Shown here: one piece after another, positions 11,264 through 20,592 of the stretch
Layout: the number at the start of each line of letters is the position of its first letter
How positions within the stretch are numbered: position 1 is the first letter of the stretch
Assembly (NCBI GenBank): GCA_029862005.1
Contig: JAOTYD010000008.1
Coordinates: forward strand, 4,472 to 68,471
Direction: 5' to 3'
DNA length: 64,000 nucleotides
From: Gammaproteobacteria bacterium
GTDB lineage: Bacteria > Pseudomonadota > Gammaproteobacteria > GCA-001735895
The notes under the pieces: generated by a model
The model's input: only the letters and a program-made list of their open reading frames with translations
Database searches by the model: none
Told to the model about the DNA's origin: nothing
Made by a program: the position numbers and the translations under genes

Positions 11264-12991
11264 TTAGTTCTTCCAGCGTTTGATTAACTCGTCGTAGTTG
11301 ACGGTCTGCCCCCTGGGCTTTTCGTTAACCTTGGCTTTCGGTGATCCGGGCTTGTTTAGCCAGACTGATGGATCCGATACCTTGTTGAGCCGTGGACCGC
11401 AGCCACCATAAGTACCCGCTTTCTCGTCCGCGGCCTGCATGCGCGACATGACGAGATCCATTTCCTCCGCGAGACGATCCATCGCCTGCTGCGGTGTGAA
11501 AGCGCCCGAGTTTACATCCCCGATTTGCTGCCACCAGATTTGGGCCAGCTTCGGGTAGTCGGGTACGTTGACACCGGTCGGTGACCACAACACGCGATCA
11601 GGCGAGCGATAGAATTCCACCAATCCTCCCAGTTTCGGGGCGCGCTCGGTGAACGACTCGTGGTTGATCGTGGTGTCGCGGATGAAGGTCAGTCCAACAT
11701 GGCTTTTCTTGACGTCGACTGTTTTTGAAACCACGAACTGGGCATACAGCCAGGCCGCCTTGCGACGATCAACCGGGGTTGACTTGAACAGGGTCCAGGA
11801 ACCTGCATCCTGGTAGCCGAGTTTTTGACCTTCTTCCCAGTAGGGTCCGTGGGGCGAAGGTGCCATCCGCCAGAGCAGATTTCCATCACCGTCAACGGTA
11901 TTGTTGCCGGCACTCTGCGGAGCCACCATGGATGCCGTAAACGCGGTGTACCAGAAGATCTGCTGGGCCACGTTGCCTTGCGAAAGCGCTGGCAGCGACT
12001 GGTAAAAGTCATAACTAGCGGCGCCCGGTGGTGCATATTTGCGCAGCCATTCGTCCCACTTGCGGATCGCGTAAACTGCAGCCGGGCCGTTGGCGGCACC
12101 ACCGCGGGAAACCGATGCGCCGACCGGGTTACAGCTGCCGGATTCCATGCGTATGCCCCATTCGTCGACGGGAATTCCGTTCGGCAGACTCTTGCTGCCG
12201 GCACCGGCCATCGATAGCCAGGCGTCGGTCATGCGCCAACCCAGGTCAGGTGCGCGCTTGCCGTAGTCCATGTGGCCATAGACCCGAACGCCATCGATTT
12301 CCTTGACGTGTACCGAGAAGAACTCGGCGATATCTTCATAGGCCGACCAGTTAACCGGAACGCCAAGGTCGTAACCGTACATGCTTTTGAATTTTTCCTG
12401 TAAATCCGCACGATCGAACCAGTCCTTGCGAAACCAGTACAGGTTCGCAAACTGCTGATCGGGCAACTGGTAAAGTTTGCCATCCGGTCCGGTGGTGAAG
12501 GATCGGCCAACGAAATCATCAACGTCAAGCATCGGATTGGTGACGTCTTTACCGTCGCCCGCCATCCAGTCCGACAGGTTCACCGCCAGCTGTAAGCGGG
12601 AATGAGTACCGATCAAATCCGAGTCATTGATGTAAGCATCGTACAAGTTACGTTGAGTTTGCATCTGGGTCTGCACTGCCTGCACCACCTCGCCTTCGCC
12701 GAGCAACTGGTGATTAACCTTGATCCCGGTGATTTCCTCGAACGCCTTGGTCAGGGTTTTGGACTCGTATTCGTGGGTTGGAATGGTTTCGGACAGAACG
12801 TTGATTTCCATACCCTGGAACGGCTTGGCAGCATTGATAAACCATTCCATTTCCTTCATCTGTTCTGATTTCGACAGTGAAGACGGCTGGAATTCGTTGT
12901 CCACCCAATTTTTTGCCTCGTCCATACCGGCATAGACGGATTGTGCACAGAACGCAGCAGCCGCAGCCACCAGCGCGATTCGCTTGATCAT
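11264..12991 (-). CDS. Large periplasmic ABC substrate-binding protein (glycerol-binding GlpV-like)
   Basis: Sec signal peptide MIKRIALVAAAAAFCAQSVYA. First gene of the minus-strand glycerol transporter unit. Confidence 0.75.
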   Translation of the reverse strand: MIKRIALVAAAAAFCAQSVYAGMDEAKNWVDNEFQPSSLSKSEQMKEMEWFINAAKPFQGMEINVLSETIPTHEYESKTLTKAFEEITGIKVNHQLLGEGEVVQAVQTQMQTQRNLYDAYINDSDLIGTHSRLQLAVNLSDWMAGDGKDVTNPMLDVDDFVGRSFTTGPDGKLYQLPDQQFANLYWFRKDWFDRADLQEKFKSMYGYDLGVPVNWSAYEDIAEFFSVHVKEIDGVRVYGHMDYGKRAPDLGWRMTDAWLSMAGAGSKSLPNGIPVDEWGIRMESGSCNPVGASVSRGGAANGPAAVYAIRKWDEWLRKYAPPGAASYDFYQSLPALSQGNVAQQIFWYTAFTASMVAPQSAGNNTVDGDGNLLWRMAPSPHGPYWEEGQKLGYQDAGSWTLFKSTPVDRRKAAWLYAQFVVSKTVDVKKSHVGLTFIRDTTINHESFTERAPKLGGLVEFYRSPDRVLWSPTGVNVPDYPKLAQIWWQQIGDVNSGAFTPQQAMDRLAEEMDLVMSRMQAADEKAGTYGGCGPRLNKVSDPSVWLNKPGSPKAKVNEKPRGQTVNYDELIKRWKN

Positions 12992-13035
12992 GAGAATTGC
13001 CTCCTCGGTTTTATGTTTATTTAGTTACTTCGACA

Positions 13036-13065
13036 CGCCCGCTGAATCTACGCCCGCGGATTCAG
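13036..13065. promoter_or_regulatory. Inverted repeat CTGAATC-N10-GATTCAG plus direct CGCCCGC repeats, then TTCGTTT-type repeats, in the AT-rich divergent promoter region
   Basis: Read directly. Lies upstream of the SBP gene and the flavodoxin-like gene; candidate GlpR/DeoR operator. Confidence 0.3.
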
Positions 13066-13151
13066 ATTGTCAATAATCTTTTTCGTTTGTTCGTATTAAT
13101 GTTCATTTTGACGTTATATTTTCGTTTTATCTGAAAACTAACGATAAATCG

Positions 13152-13673
13152 GTGTCGGCTTTTACTCTATTCAAGGCTGCTTTAAGCCTTTATGATCGCT
13201 TCATGCCGAATCCCAAGCACTTGCTCATTGTTGCCCATAATCCGTCGGCCAACACCCAGAAACTGGTGGATGCGACGCTGCGTGGCGCCAGGCATGAAGA
13301 TATCGAAGGGGTAGAGGTGAAGCATATTCCGCCGCTACAGGCAGTCGCCGATGACGTGCTCCGGGCGGACGCGATAATTCTTGGGACGACCGAGAATTTT
13401 GGCTATATGAGCGGTGCACTGAAAGATTTCTTCGATCGAATTTACTATCCCTGCCTGGAACATACCGAGGCAATGCCGTTTGCTGCGTATATCCGCGCGG
13501 GCCTTGACGGTACCGGCACCAAAATCGCGATCCGTAAAATCACGTCGGGATTGAAATGGAAAGCGGTGCAGGAATCGATCATATTGCATGGTGAATACCG
13601 GCCGGAGTTTGAAGCACAGTGCGAAGAGCTTGGCATGTTGATGGCCGCCAGTTTGGAATCAGGCATAATCTGA
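13152..13673 (+). CDS. Flavodoxin-like fold NAD(P)H-dependent FMN reductase family protein
   Basis: Flavodoxin-like loop pattern (LLIVAHNPSANT..., AIILGTTENFGY). Confidence 0.6.
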   Translation: MSAFTLFKAALSLYDRFMPNPKHLLIVAHNPSANTQKLVDATLRGARHEDIEGVEVKHIPPLQAVADDVLRADAIILGTTENFGYMSGALKDFFDRIYYPCLEHTEAMPFAAYIRAGLDGTGTKIAIRKITSGLKWKAVQESIILHGEYRPEFEAQCEELGMLMAASLESGII

Positions 13674-13683
13674 ATGAAATAAA

Positions 13684-13735
13684 TGGTCATTCCCGCGCAA
13701 GTTGCGGTCCGAAGTATCGGAATCTTGTATCGTGC
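13684..13735. repeat. REP-like hairpin repeat, site D (GTCATTCCCGCG + CGCAAGTTGCG hairpin)
   Basis: Shares the GTCATTCCCGC core (reverse complement of GCGGGAATGAC) with sites A, B and C. Confidence 0.4.
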
Positions 13736-13794
13736 GTATTTTAAAGGATCCCCGTTTGCACGTGGATCACATCATAGTCGTTGGGGGATTTTAA

Positions 13795-14490
13795 ATGGCG
13801 GACTTTAGTGGAAAAAAAGCAATTGTTTTAGGGGGTACATCCGGCATCGGGCTGGCGACCAGCGAAATGCTGCGTGACGGCGGCGCTGAAGTCATCGCCG
13901 GTAGCCGCAGCGAACGTGAAATCGACGGCATCGAGTGCGTGCAGGTCGACGTGCTCGATCGTCCGGTATTGAGCACACTGTTCGAAAAACACCAGGGATT
14001 TGATTACCTGGTCAATGCGGCCACCGGGGGCCCCCGCGCCATAGGGCCTTTCCTCGAAATGGATCTCGACGGATTTCAGAATTCATTCGCCAAGCTCTGG
14101 GGCTATGTGAACAGCGTGCGTCTCGGGGTTCCGCAGATGTCACCGGGAGGCGCGGTGGTATTGTTCAGCGGTTATCCCGCGCGCAAGTATCGTCCGGGCA
14201 CGCTCGCCATCGGCAGCGTCGGTGGTTCGGTTGAAGCCTTTATCCACCTGGTCGCCAACGAGGTCAGCCCGGTCCGTATCAACGGTGTTTGCCCCGGCCT
14301 TATCGATACGCCGATGTCGCCGCTGCAGGGTGACGAACGCAAGGCATACTATGACAAAGGCACTGCAGGTCATCTGATTCCGCGGGCCGGCACGGCTTCG
14401 GAATGCGCTGGCGCCGCAATCTTTCTGCTCGAAAACGAATTTGTAACCGGCACGATCATCGACGTCGATGGCGGTGCGATCGTGACATGA
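13795..14490 (+). CDS. SDR-family oxidoreductase
   Basis: GKKAIVLGGTSGIGLA Rossmann motif. Confidence 0.8.
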   Translation: MADFSGKKAIVLGGTSGIGLATSEMLRDGGAEVIAGSRSEREIDGIECVQVDVLDRPVLSTLFEKHQGFDYLVNAATGGPRAIGPFLEMDLDGFQNSFAKLWGYVNSVRLGVPQMSPGGAVVLFSGYPARKYRPGTLAIGSVGGSVEAFIHLVANEVSPVRINGVCPGLIDTPMSPLQGDERKAYYDKGTAGHLIPRAGTASECAGAAIFLLENEFVTGTIIDVDGGAIVT

Positions 14491-15626
14491 GTTTTGAAAA
14501 AATCAGTAAGCTGCTGACTGGAGATACCCCGGGGTGCACCACAGAACTGAACTATTTCCACATCGGGCCTGCTGATGCGGACAAAAAAGTCTACCTGCAG
14601 GCGGCCCTGCATGCCGATGAACAGCCTGGAATCCTGATTCTGCATCACCTGTTGCAATTATTACGTGACGCGGATACCGCCGGTGAACTGAATGCGCGCT
14701 TCGTGATTTTCCCGATGGTCAATCCACTCGGTATGGGCGATATCGAATTTGGTCAACACCAGGGCCGTTACAATCGCAGTACCGGGGTGAACCATAATCG
14801 TGCCTGGCCGGAACTTTATGATGCGGTCGGTGAAGCGCTTTTAAGCAAACTCGGTCCTGACGCCGACGAAAATCTCCGGCAGGTCCGCACAGCCTTGCTG
14901 GACTGGGTTGAAACCCTGCCGCAGGTTACCGTGCTGGATCAATGGCGCCGATGTCTAATCGGTGAAGCCTGCGACGCGGACTATGTTTTTGATGTGCATT
15001 GCGACGATGACTCGTTGGTCCATATTTTTACCGTGCCGCAGCTGGCGGAAACTATGCAACAGCTCGCCAACTGGACCGGGGCCGCGGCGACCTTGCTGGC
15101 AGAAGACAGCGGCGGTGGTTCCTTCGACGAGGTTTGGGCCGCTATCTGGTTGCGACTCGCATCCGAGTGCCCGGATAAACCTGTTCCCTTACCGGTCGTT
15201 TCTTGCACGCTGGAATACCGTGGTCGATTCGACACCTTTGACGAACTGAATCGACGAGACGCCGAAAATCTGTACGGTTATTTCCAGGAACAGGGTTTGA
15301 TTACCGGAAAGTGGATCGGTCAAAAACACGAGGCTCCCGCACCCACTGATCTACGTGCGACCGAAATGCTGCGAGCACCGCAAGCAGGATTACTCGCCTA
15401 TTGCGTGGAACTCGGGGACTGGGTCGAAAAGGGCGATCGCATCGCCGACCTGATCCGGCTCGACGGCGAGGGCGTGTTTGTTGAAAGAATCCCGTTGCTT
15501 GCGGGCACTTCTGGCCGGGTCATTTCACGTAAAGTCACGAAGTATGCCTGGGCTAATGCCAATGTTGCCAAGATTGTTGGTACTGAAATCCTCGAATCGC
15601 GCAGCGGCTACCTGCTCAGTGATTAA
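14487..15626 (+). CDS. Succinylglutamate desuccinylase/aspartoacylase (AstE/AspA) family Zn hydrolase
   Basis: LQAALHADEQPG metal-binding block. ATG at 14487 overlaps the SDR stop (ATGA); the long 14403 extension was rejected. Confidence 0.7.
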   Translation: MSFEKISKLLTGDTPGCTTELNYFHIGPADADKKVYLQAALHADEQPGILILHHLLQLLRDADTAGELNARFVIFPMVNPLGMGDIEFGQHQGRYNRSTGVNHNRAWPELYDAVGEALLSKLGPDADENLRQVRTALLDWVETLPQVTVLDQWRRCLIGEACDADYVFDVHCDDDSLVHIFTVPQLAETMQQLANWTGAAATLLAEDSGGGSFDEVWAAIWLRLASECPDKPVPLPVVSCTLEYRGRFDTFDELNRRDAENLYGYFQEQGLITGKWIGQKHEAPAPTDLRATEMLRAPQAGLLAYCVELGDWVEKGDRIADLIRLDGEGVFVERIPLLAGTSGRVISRKVTKYAWANANVAKIVGTEILESRSGYLLSD

Positions 15627-16036
15627 TCCTGGTTTTCCTGGGTCCAGTTGCTCACGGGCAGATGCTCGTCGACATGTAGCCAGCTGACCTTTTCTTCAAG
15701 GAAACTGTGATCCTGCGGTGCCAGTCGCTCGAGATCGTCAAACAGGCCGAGTTGCATGTGAATTTCATCCGGACGGTCGCTGGTTTCGTAGGCAACCGGT
15801 GATCCACAATGCCCGCAGAAACTTCGCGTAACGCCATCATCGGTGGTAAACCGTTTTGGCACTGCCGCGGTGAATATTACTTGTCCTGGCTTAAAACCGG
15901 CAAAGGTCGTCATGACCGAACCACTTTGCCGGCGACAGGATTCGCAATGACAGTGCCCGACCCAGTCTGATTCACCGTCGATTTCGAATTTGACTGCACC
16001 ACAGTAACAGTGGCCGGTTAATTTTTGTTCGTTCAT
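15623..16036 (-). CDS. GFA-family (glutathione-dependent formaldehyde-activating / CENP-V-like) Zn protein
   Basis: CYCGAV ... CHCESCRR ... CGHCGSP cysteine pattern. Confidence 0.75.
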   Translation of the reverse strand: MNEQKLTGHCYCGAVKFEIDGESDWVGHCHCESCRRQSGSVMTTFAGFKPGQVIFTAAVPKRFTTDDGVTRSFCGHCGSPVAYETSDRPDEIHMQLGLFDDLERLAPQDHSFLEEKVSWLHVDEHLPVSNWTQENQD

Positions 16037-16067
16037 TGAGGTTTTGCCGGAGGTCGATTGTATCCGG

Positions 16068-16493
16068 TTATTTAGAGTTCGATTTCATGACAAAGTCTTC
16101 GAGCTTCTTGTCAATGCCGAGGACATGCAGTTTAAGCCACTTGTATAGAAAATCGGAAAGCGAGATCTGTAGCGACGGGTGCATGCTCGGATCGGTTTCC
16201 AGCATCGCCTCTAGCTCCTCGCGGAAACGGTCATGCGCCTCGATGTGTTCTTCCTGATGGGGATATCCAAGTTCGACCATGTAGGTTTCTTCGAGGATGA
16301 AATGATGCTCGGCGTAAAGCTTGAGGCGAATCAGGATTTCGGGATCGAAGGGTACTTCCTTGATTTTATCGATCAGCTCGAACAAAACCTGGTGCTGCGT
16401 GTCCTGCCAGATGATGTCACTGGTTTTTTGCATTGCGCCGGATTCTGGGAAGATAGTCCGACCACGATAGATGAAAAGCTTGACCTTAGTCAA
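16068..16493 (-). CDS. Bacteriohemerythrin-like protein
   Basis: HHE cation-binding pattern (HF.LEE..M...YP...H...H). An alternative start at 16433 (MQKTSDIIW) is likely. Confidence 0.7.
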   Translation of the reverse strand: MTKVKLFIYRGRTIFPESGAMQKTSDIIWQDTQHQVLFELIDKIKEVPFDPEILIRLKLYAEHHFILEETYMVELGYPHQEEHIEAHDRFREELEAMLETDPSMHPSLQISLSDFLYKWLKLHVLGIDKKLEDFVMKSNSK

Positions 16494-16525
16494 GGGATCG
16501 AAGTTTTGTAACCTGAGGGCCCTGG

Positions 16526-17152
16526 TTATTGGGGAGTGGTCGCAGCCGGCGTAAATGACATGATCGAAATCGCTTCGTTGATCAGTAGTTTGGCCTGCTC
16601 ATGGTCGTTATACAAAAACAGCGTGTAGGCGTCGGCCATCTCGTTCCGATGCATGCCGATGATCAGCGCATTGCGATAGTCGGCGGCGAAATCAGGATTG
16701 ATATCGAATGCCGAGGCCGCGGCCCAGTTGGCGTTGAATTTATCCAGCGCCTCCGCCTCGGGAAAAGTACTGGTTGCGGTCTCACCGCCGACTGACAAGC
16801 GATTAGTGATCGATTCGAACAGCAGCGGGAACAGGTGGTTGGGTTCGGGCGCGGCATTATGTGGGTCGTTGTATTCGATCTCGATACGGTTCAGCGGGCG
16901 CACGATAAATCGGACTTCGAGCGCTCCCGATTCATGCCTTAACGCGTATTCGTAGGGCAGAATGGCGTTCGCCTGCGTCGGCTGGTCAATATATTGAGTT
17001 TGCCGATGCATGCGCAATCCAGCTTCCCGCAGCAGCCGATCGAAGGCTGCGCGGGCATCCTTTTCCGCCGCATCTGCGGCCGTGGGTGTGCCCAGGTGAA
17101 TCAGCACCAGCAGGGGCCCGAGCAACGAGGTTATGAATTTTCGGATTGCCAT
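16526..17152 (-). CDS. Secreted hypothetical protein
   Basis: Sec signal peptide MAIRKFITSLLGPLLVLIHLGTPTAADA. Last gene of the cytochrome operon. Confidence 0.5.
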   Translation of the reverse strand: MAIRKFITSLLGPLLVLIHLGTPTAADAAEKDARAAFDRLLREAGLRMHRQTQYIDQPTQANAILPYEYALRHESGALEVRFIVRPLNRIEIEYNDPHNAAPEPNHLFPLLFESITNRLSVGGETATSTFPEAEALDKFNANWAAASAFDINPDFAADYRNALIIGMHRNEMADAYTLFLYNDHEQAKLLINEAISIMSFTPAATTPQ

Positions 17153-17904
17153 TGTTTCAATAGGTCCTCGGCCACCTGCGCCCAACTCGCTTCCGGCGAC
17201 AGGGTCAGAAAGTGTTGCAGGTCTTTAACCGCGCTGTTCCGGTCGCCAAGGGCTTCGTGGGTCGAGGCGCGATTGAAATAGGCTGCCGGCACCTCCGGCT
17301 CGAGCTCGACGCAACGATTGAAATCAACCAGCGCCAGATCGTATTTTTCGGCTTCGAAATGCAGGCTACCGCGATTGAAATAGGCCGCGACAAATTTCTG
17401 GTCCAGCTCGATCGCACTATCCAGATCTCGCCGCGCATCGTCGTTGCGGCCGAACTGGCGATAGGCCTGGGCGCGATTGGTCAGCAGGATCGGGTCGTGC
17501 GGGTTCAATTCGACCGCGCGATTGAGATCGGCTAATGCCAGGCTGGTTTGCTGGTTTTGCAGAAACAGGCTCGAACGAACGCTCAACAGCATTGTATCGT
17601 TGGGGAATTTGCCGAGTGCCTCGTTTAATGTCTCCAGCGCCAGTGGTGCGCGCCCTTCGTCGAGATGCTGTAGCGCTACCTGAACGAGTTTGTCGGGACT
17701 CAGGCTGGCGTGCGGATCTTTCTGCTTATGTGCGCCGGCACCAGTAGTTTGTTGCCGGGGTGATTCGAGAAAAGACTTCATTTCCTCGCTTAACCCGGTT
17801 TCCTGGGCTAGCACAGCTTTATCCACGAGGACTGCGCCTGCAACGAATACCAGCATCCCTGCCGCAAACCACCCGGCAAAATGGGTTGAATCTCTGGCCG
17901 ACAT
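17131..17904 (-). CDS. Membrane-anchored TPR-repeat protein
   Basis: N-terminal TM helix, then at least five TPR units (AYFNRG/AYFNRA repeats). ATG lies 2 nt after the cytochrome stop. Confidence 0.7.
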   Translation of the reverse strand: MSARDSTHFAGWFAAGMLVFVAGAVLVDKAVLAQETGLSEEMKSFLESPRQQTTGAGAHKQKDPHASLSPDKLVQVALQHLDEGRAPLALETLNEALGKFPNDTMLLSVRSSLFLQNQQTSLALADLNRAVELNPHDPILLTNRAQAYRQFGRNDDARRDLDSAIELDQKFVAAYFNRGSLHFEAEKYDLALVDFNRCVELEPEVPAAYFNRASTHEALGDRNSAVKDLQHFLTLSPEASWAQVAEDLLKQWQSENS

Positions 17905-17906
17905 GT

Positions 17907-20285
17907 TTATTCCTTGCTGTAAGCCTGCAGCATCTTGTTCATCAACTCGATATGCTGCGCGTCGGTCAGGCGACCGGGCTCGGACACCTTGGACCACAGA
18001 TCGGCATTGGTCATTTCACGGTGGCAACCCATGCACAGTCCGGTGCGATCCATTGCATCGCGCACCTCTTGTGGCAGCGCGCGCGACAGCGGCCAGTGCG
18101 AGCCTACCGTTTGTGTCTGTTGGCCGTCCTTGATAATCGTGGACAAGTCAAAATCAAGCGCCTCGATTTTGGGTATCTGGATCTTGAAGTTGCTCGGAAT
18201 GGGTTTGCCGGTGCGCTGATCGATCAGGTCCTCAACCACGTTCTCGGTGTAGCGCAGCGAGAACACACCACCGGAGATACCGTAACCCTGGGCTTTCGGA
18301 TTGTTGTGGCAGCTTTCGCAGGTACGGGCCTTGCGCTGCGCCGAGTGTGGCTGCACCGGCGCCATGTCGAGGCCGAGCGGCACGCGCTCCTGTCCCAGTT
18401 CCTTCTGCTCGTCGTAGGCCATTGCGATCTGGTTATGCGCCACAGTGCTACCGTCGCGCGCCCGCACGGTCCAGATAACCTGGCATCCCGGCATCAGCGG
18501 AGTCACGCGACCCTCACCGTTGATGCCGAGCACTGGCTCTTCCCAACGCAGGTAGGAACGGGTTTCGGAGACCTTGCCCGGGCTCTGGATGCCCTTGGTG
18601 CCGAGCGGTGATTCCGCGGTGGAACCATCCGGGTAGCGCAGCGATCCGGAGGCGATCCAGTCGGTGTCTTGCTTCGGCTTGCCGTTTTTATCCGGGCCGT
18701 AGTCGACGTCGACGTGGCAGCCGTAACACTGCGGTACCCAGGACGCGTGGCAGGCGTAACACTCGAGGCTCTCGGCGTGTTTCTTGACGCTTGCCATCGC
18801 CACCATTGCCTGAGAGTTGCGCCAGGCATCATCTTCGGCCAGCTTTTTCAGCAGCGGCACCTTGAAATCGTTGCCGGTAGCCGAGTGCATGATGACCGTA
18901 TCGCCATCCTTGACCACGTTGCCGTAGGGGTTGCCGCGCGCGCTCAGCAGATAACCGTCCTTCTTGTCGTAAACGGTCGCAAATGCCGCGGTCTCCTGCA
19001 GCAGGCTGTTGGCGAGGCCGCGCGGCGAGTTACCAATCGACTTGGCGAATTCTTCGCCGTGACCGAGTGGCAGCTCCCATGGGTACTCTTCCGGCGTTCC
19101 ATGACAGTCCTGGCACTCGACCTCGACCTGCGCCAGCGTAGTGCCCGGGATATTGCCGTCACCGTGCATGTCGATCGTGGTGTGGCAATCCTGGCACAGC
19201 AAGCCGCCTTCAGGGTTTTCCGGACGGCTCTTGATCTGGTGATGCAGGTCGTCGGAAATAAACAGGTAATTCTTGGTATGCAGCTTGGGCTGCTTGCCGC
19301 CGGTCTCGCTGTAGGGTGAGCCGTAGGGGAATTCCATCAGGCCCTGGTAGGTCACGCCGATGCGCTTGCCGCGGTTATGGCACGAATTGCAGGTTTCGAC
19401 CGGGATACCGGAATAGGTCGTGTCGCCGACCGTGACCTTGGATTTACGCGTGGCCTGGATCTGATGGGTCAGCATGTGACCTTTCTGCGTCTTGTCGATG
19501 GTGGGATCACCGCCCTCGTATATGCCTTCGTTACCGTAGGGGATGTGGCAGGAAGAACAGCCCTGGCCGCGATAATCACCGCGCTTTTCACGCCCCTTGA
19601 CGGTGACGTGACAACGCTGGCACTGCTGGCGCTGATAGGTAAAGCCGGCCAGCTTCGGATCTTTCTCGATCTCGTCGACGCTGGGTTGCGGGATTTGCGC
19701 CAGTTCGGTCGGAAACTGTTCCTTATGTGCCGCAATCATGTCCTTCATGTAAGCCTTGTAGGCGTCGGTGCCGACGCTTGGAACAGGTCCGTCGCCGTCC
19801 TTGACGTCGTAATTACCCCACGGCACCTTGTGGTTTTGCACTTCGGGGATGCCCCAGGTGTGCAGATTACCCTGGATTTTACCGGCCTCGGTGTTCATCA
19901 GGGATTTTTCGAGGCGTTCTTCATAGCCGGCATGGCAAGCGCTTTGCCCACAGGTGAACTTGTTAATATCCATCGCGCCAGGGTCGGGGTAGAAGGTTTG
20001 CGGACCCTTGAAGTCGACCAGTGACTGAGGCGATCCTTCGTGTGCCTTGGCTGCGTCGCTGGCGGTGGGATCACCACCGTGGCACATCACGCAGCCGGCG
20101 GTATCGCCATGCACGGCGCTCAGCGAATTGATCAGTTGCAGCATCGCACTCGATTCCTCGCGAATCGACTCGATGCCGTTATGGCAGGCAAGACAGCCCG
20201 AGACAGCCGCAGGCGACGGGCCCGGATTGATCCAGAGAAGCGAAAATAAAATGATTACCCCAAGTGCCTTGCCGTACCGGTCCAT
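17907..20285 (-). CDS. Periplasmic multiheme cytochrome c (11 CXXCH motifs plus one CX4CH)
   Basis: Signal peptide; motifs CLACH, CVMCH, CGQSACH, CQRCH, CSSCH, CNSCH, CQDCH x2, CYACH, CYGCH, CESCH and CMGCH read from the translation. Confidence 0.85.
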   Translation of the reverse strand: MDRYGKALGVIILFSLLWINPGPSPAAVSGCLACHNGIESIREESSAMLQLINSLSAVHGDTAGCVMCHGGDPTASDAAKAHEGSPQSLVDFKGPQTFYPDPGAMDINKFTCGQSACHAGYEERLEKSLMNTEAGKIQGNLHTWGIPEVQNHKVPWGNYDVKDGDGPVPSVGTDAYKAYMKDMIAAHKEQFPTELAQIPQPSVDEIEKDPKLAGFTYQRQQCQRCHVTVKGREKRGDYRGQGCSSCHIPYGNEGIYEGGDPTIDKTQKGHMLTHQIQATRKSKVTVGDTTYSGIPVETCNSCHNRGKRIGVTYQGLMEFPYGSPYSETGGKQPKLHTKNYLFISDDLHHQIKSRPENPEGGLLCQDCHTTIDMHGDGNIPGTTLAQVEVECQDCHGTPEEYPWELPLGHGEEFAKSIGNSPRGLANSLLQETAAFATVYDKKDGYLLSARGNPYGNVVKDGDTVIMHSATGNDFKVPLLKKLAEDDAWRNSQAMVAMASVKKHAESLECYACHASWVPQCYGCHVDVDYGPDKNGKPKQDTDWIASGSLRYPDGSTAESPLGTKGIQSPGKVSETRSYLRWEEPVLGINGEGRVTPLMPGCQVIWTVRARDGSTVAHNQIAMAYDEQKELGQERVPLGLDMAPVQPHSAQRKARTCESCHNNPKAQGYGISGGVFSLRYTENVVEDLIDQRTGKPIPSNFKIQIPKIEALDFDLSTIIKDGQQTQTVGSHWPLSRALPQEVRDAMDRTGLCMGCHREMTNADLWSKVSEPGRLTDAQHIELMNKMLQAYSKE

Positions 20286-20375
20286 TGGTCATCCCCCTTG
20301 TAGCTATTTTTGTTAATTGGTACCCGCGCGCGACGAACGGATAACAGCAGGCTAGAGATTTTTTTTGCCGTCGAC

Positions 20376-20389
20376 TTGACATATGTCAA
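20376..20389. promoter_or_regulatory. FNR/FixK/Anr-type box TTGACATATGTCAA (TTGA-N6-TCAA)
   Basis: Perfect 14-bp palindrome about 95 nt upstream of the cytochrome start codon. Confidence 0.45.
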
Positions 20390-20469
20390 ATCGGAGCCTG
20401 TTTCAATTAAAATGCTTTATAACGGTGCAGAGAGGTAACTTTTGGTGCATGGTAGCGACTTAATCAACA

Positions 20470-20548
20470 AGATCCCCGCTGGTGCGGGGATGACGCCGAG
20501 TCGTTACGTCATTCCCGCCGGATGCGGAACACTTAGCGGGAATCTCAC
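20470..20548. repeat. REP-like hairpin repeat, site B (ATCCCCGC-TGGT-GCGGGGATGACG ... CGTCATTCCCGCCGGATGCGG ... GCGGGAAT)
   Basis: 8-bp stem hairpin plus repeated core motifs. Located between the aminotransferase 3' end and the cytochrome promoter. Confidence 0.45.
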
Positions 20549-20592
20549 AATGGTGATCGTGTATTAAAATCCCGGTTTAAATGGGGATGATT

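Noticed and set aside
14403-14486. An N-terminal extension of the AstE/AspA ORF (MRWRRNLSARK...) overlaps the 3' end of the SDR gene.
   Set aside because: The Arg-rich extension has a non-protein-like composition. An ATG at 14487 with an ATGA overlap to the SDR stop gives a family-typical N-terminus.
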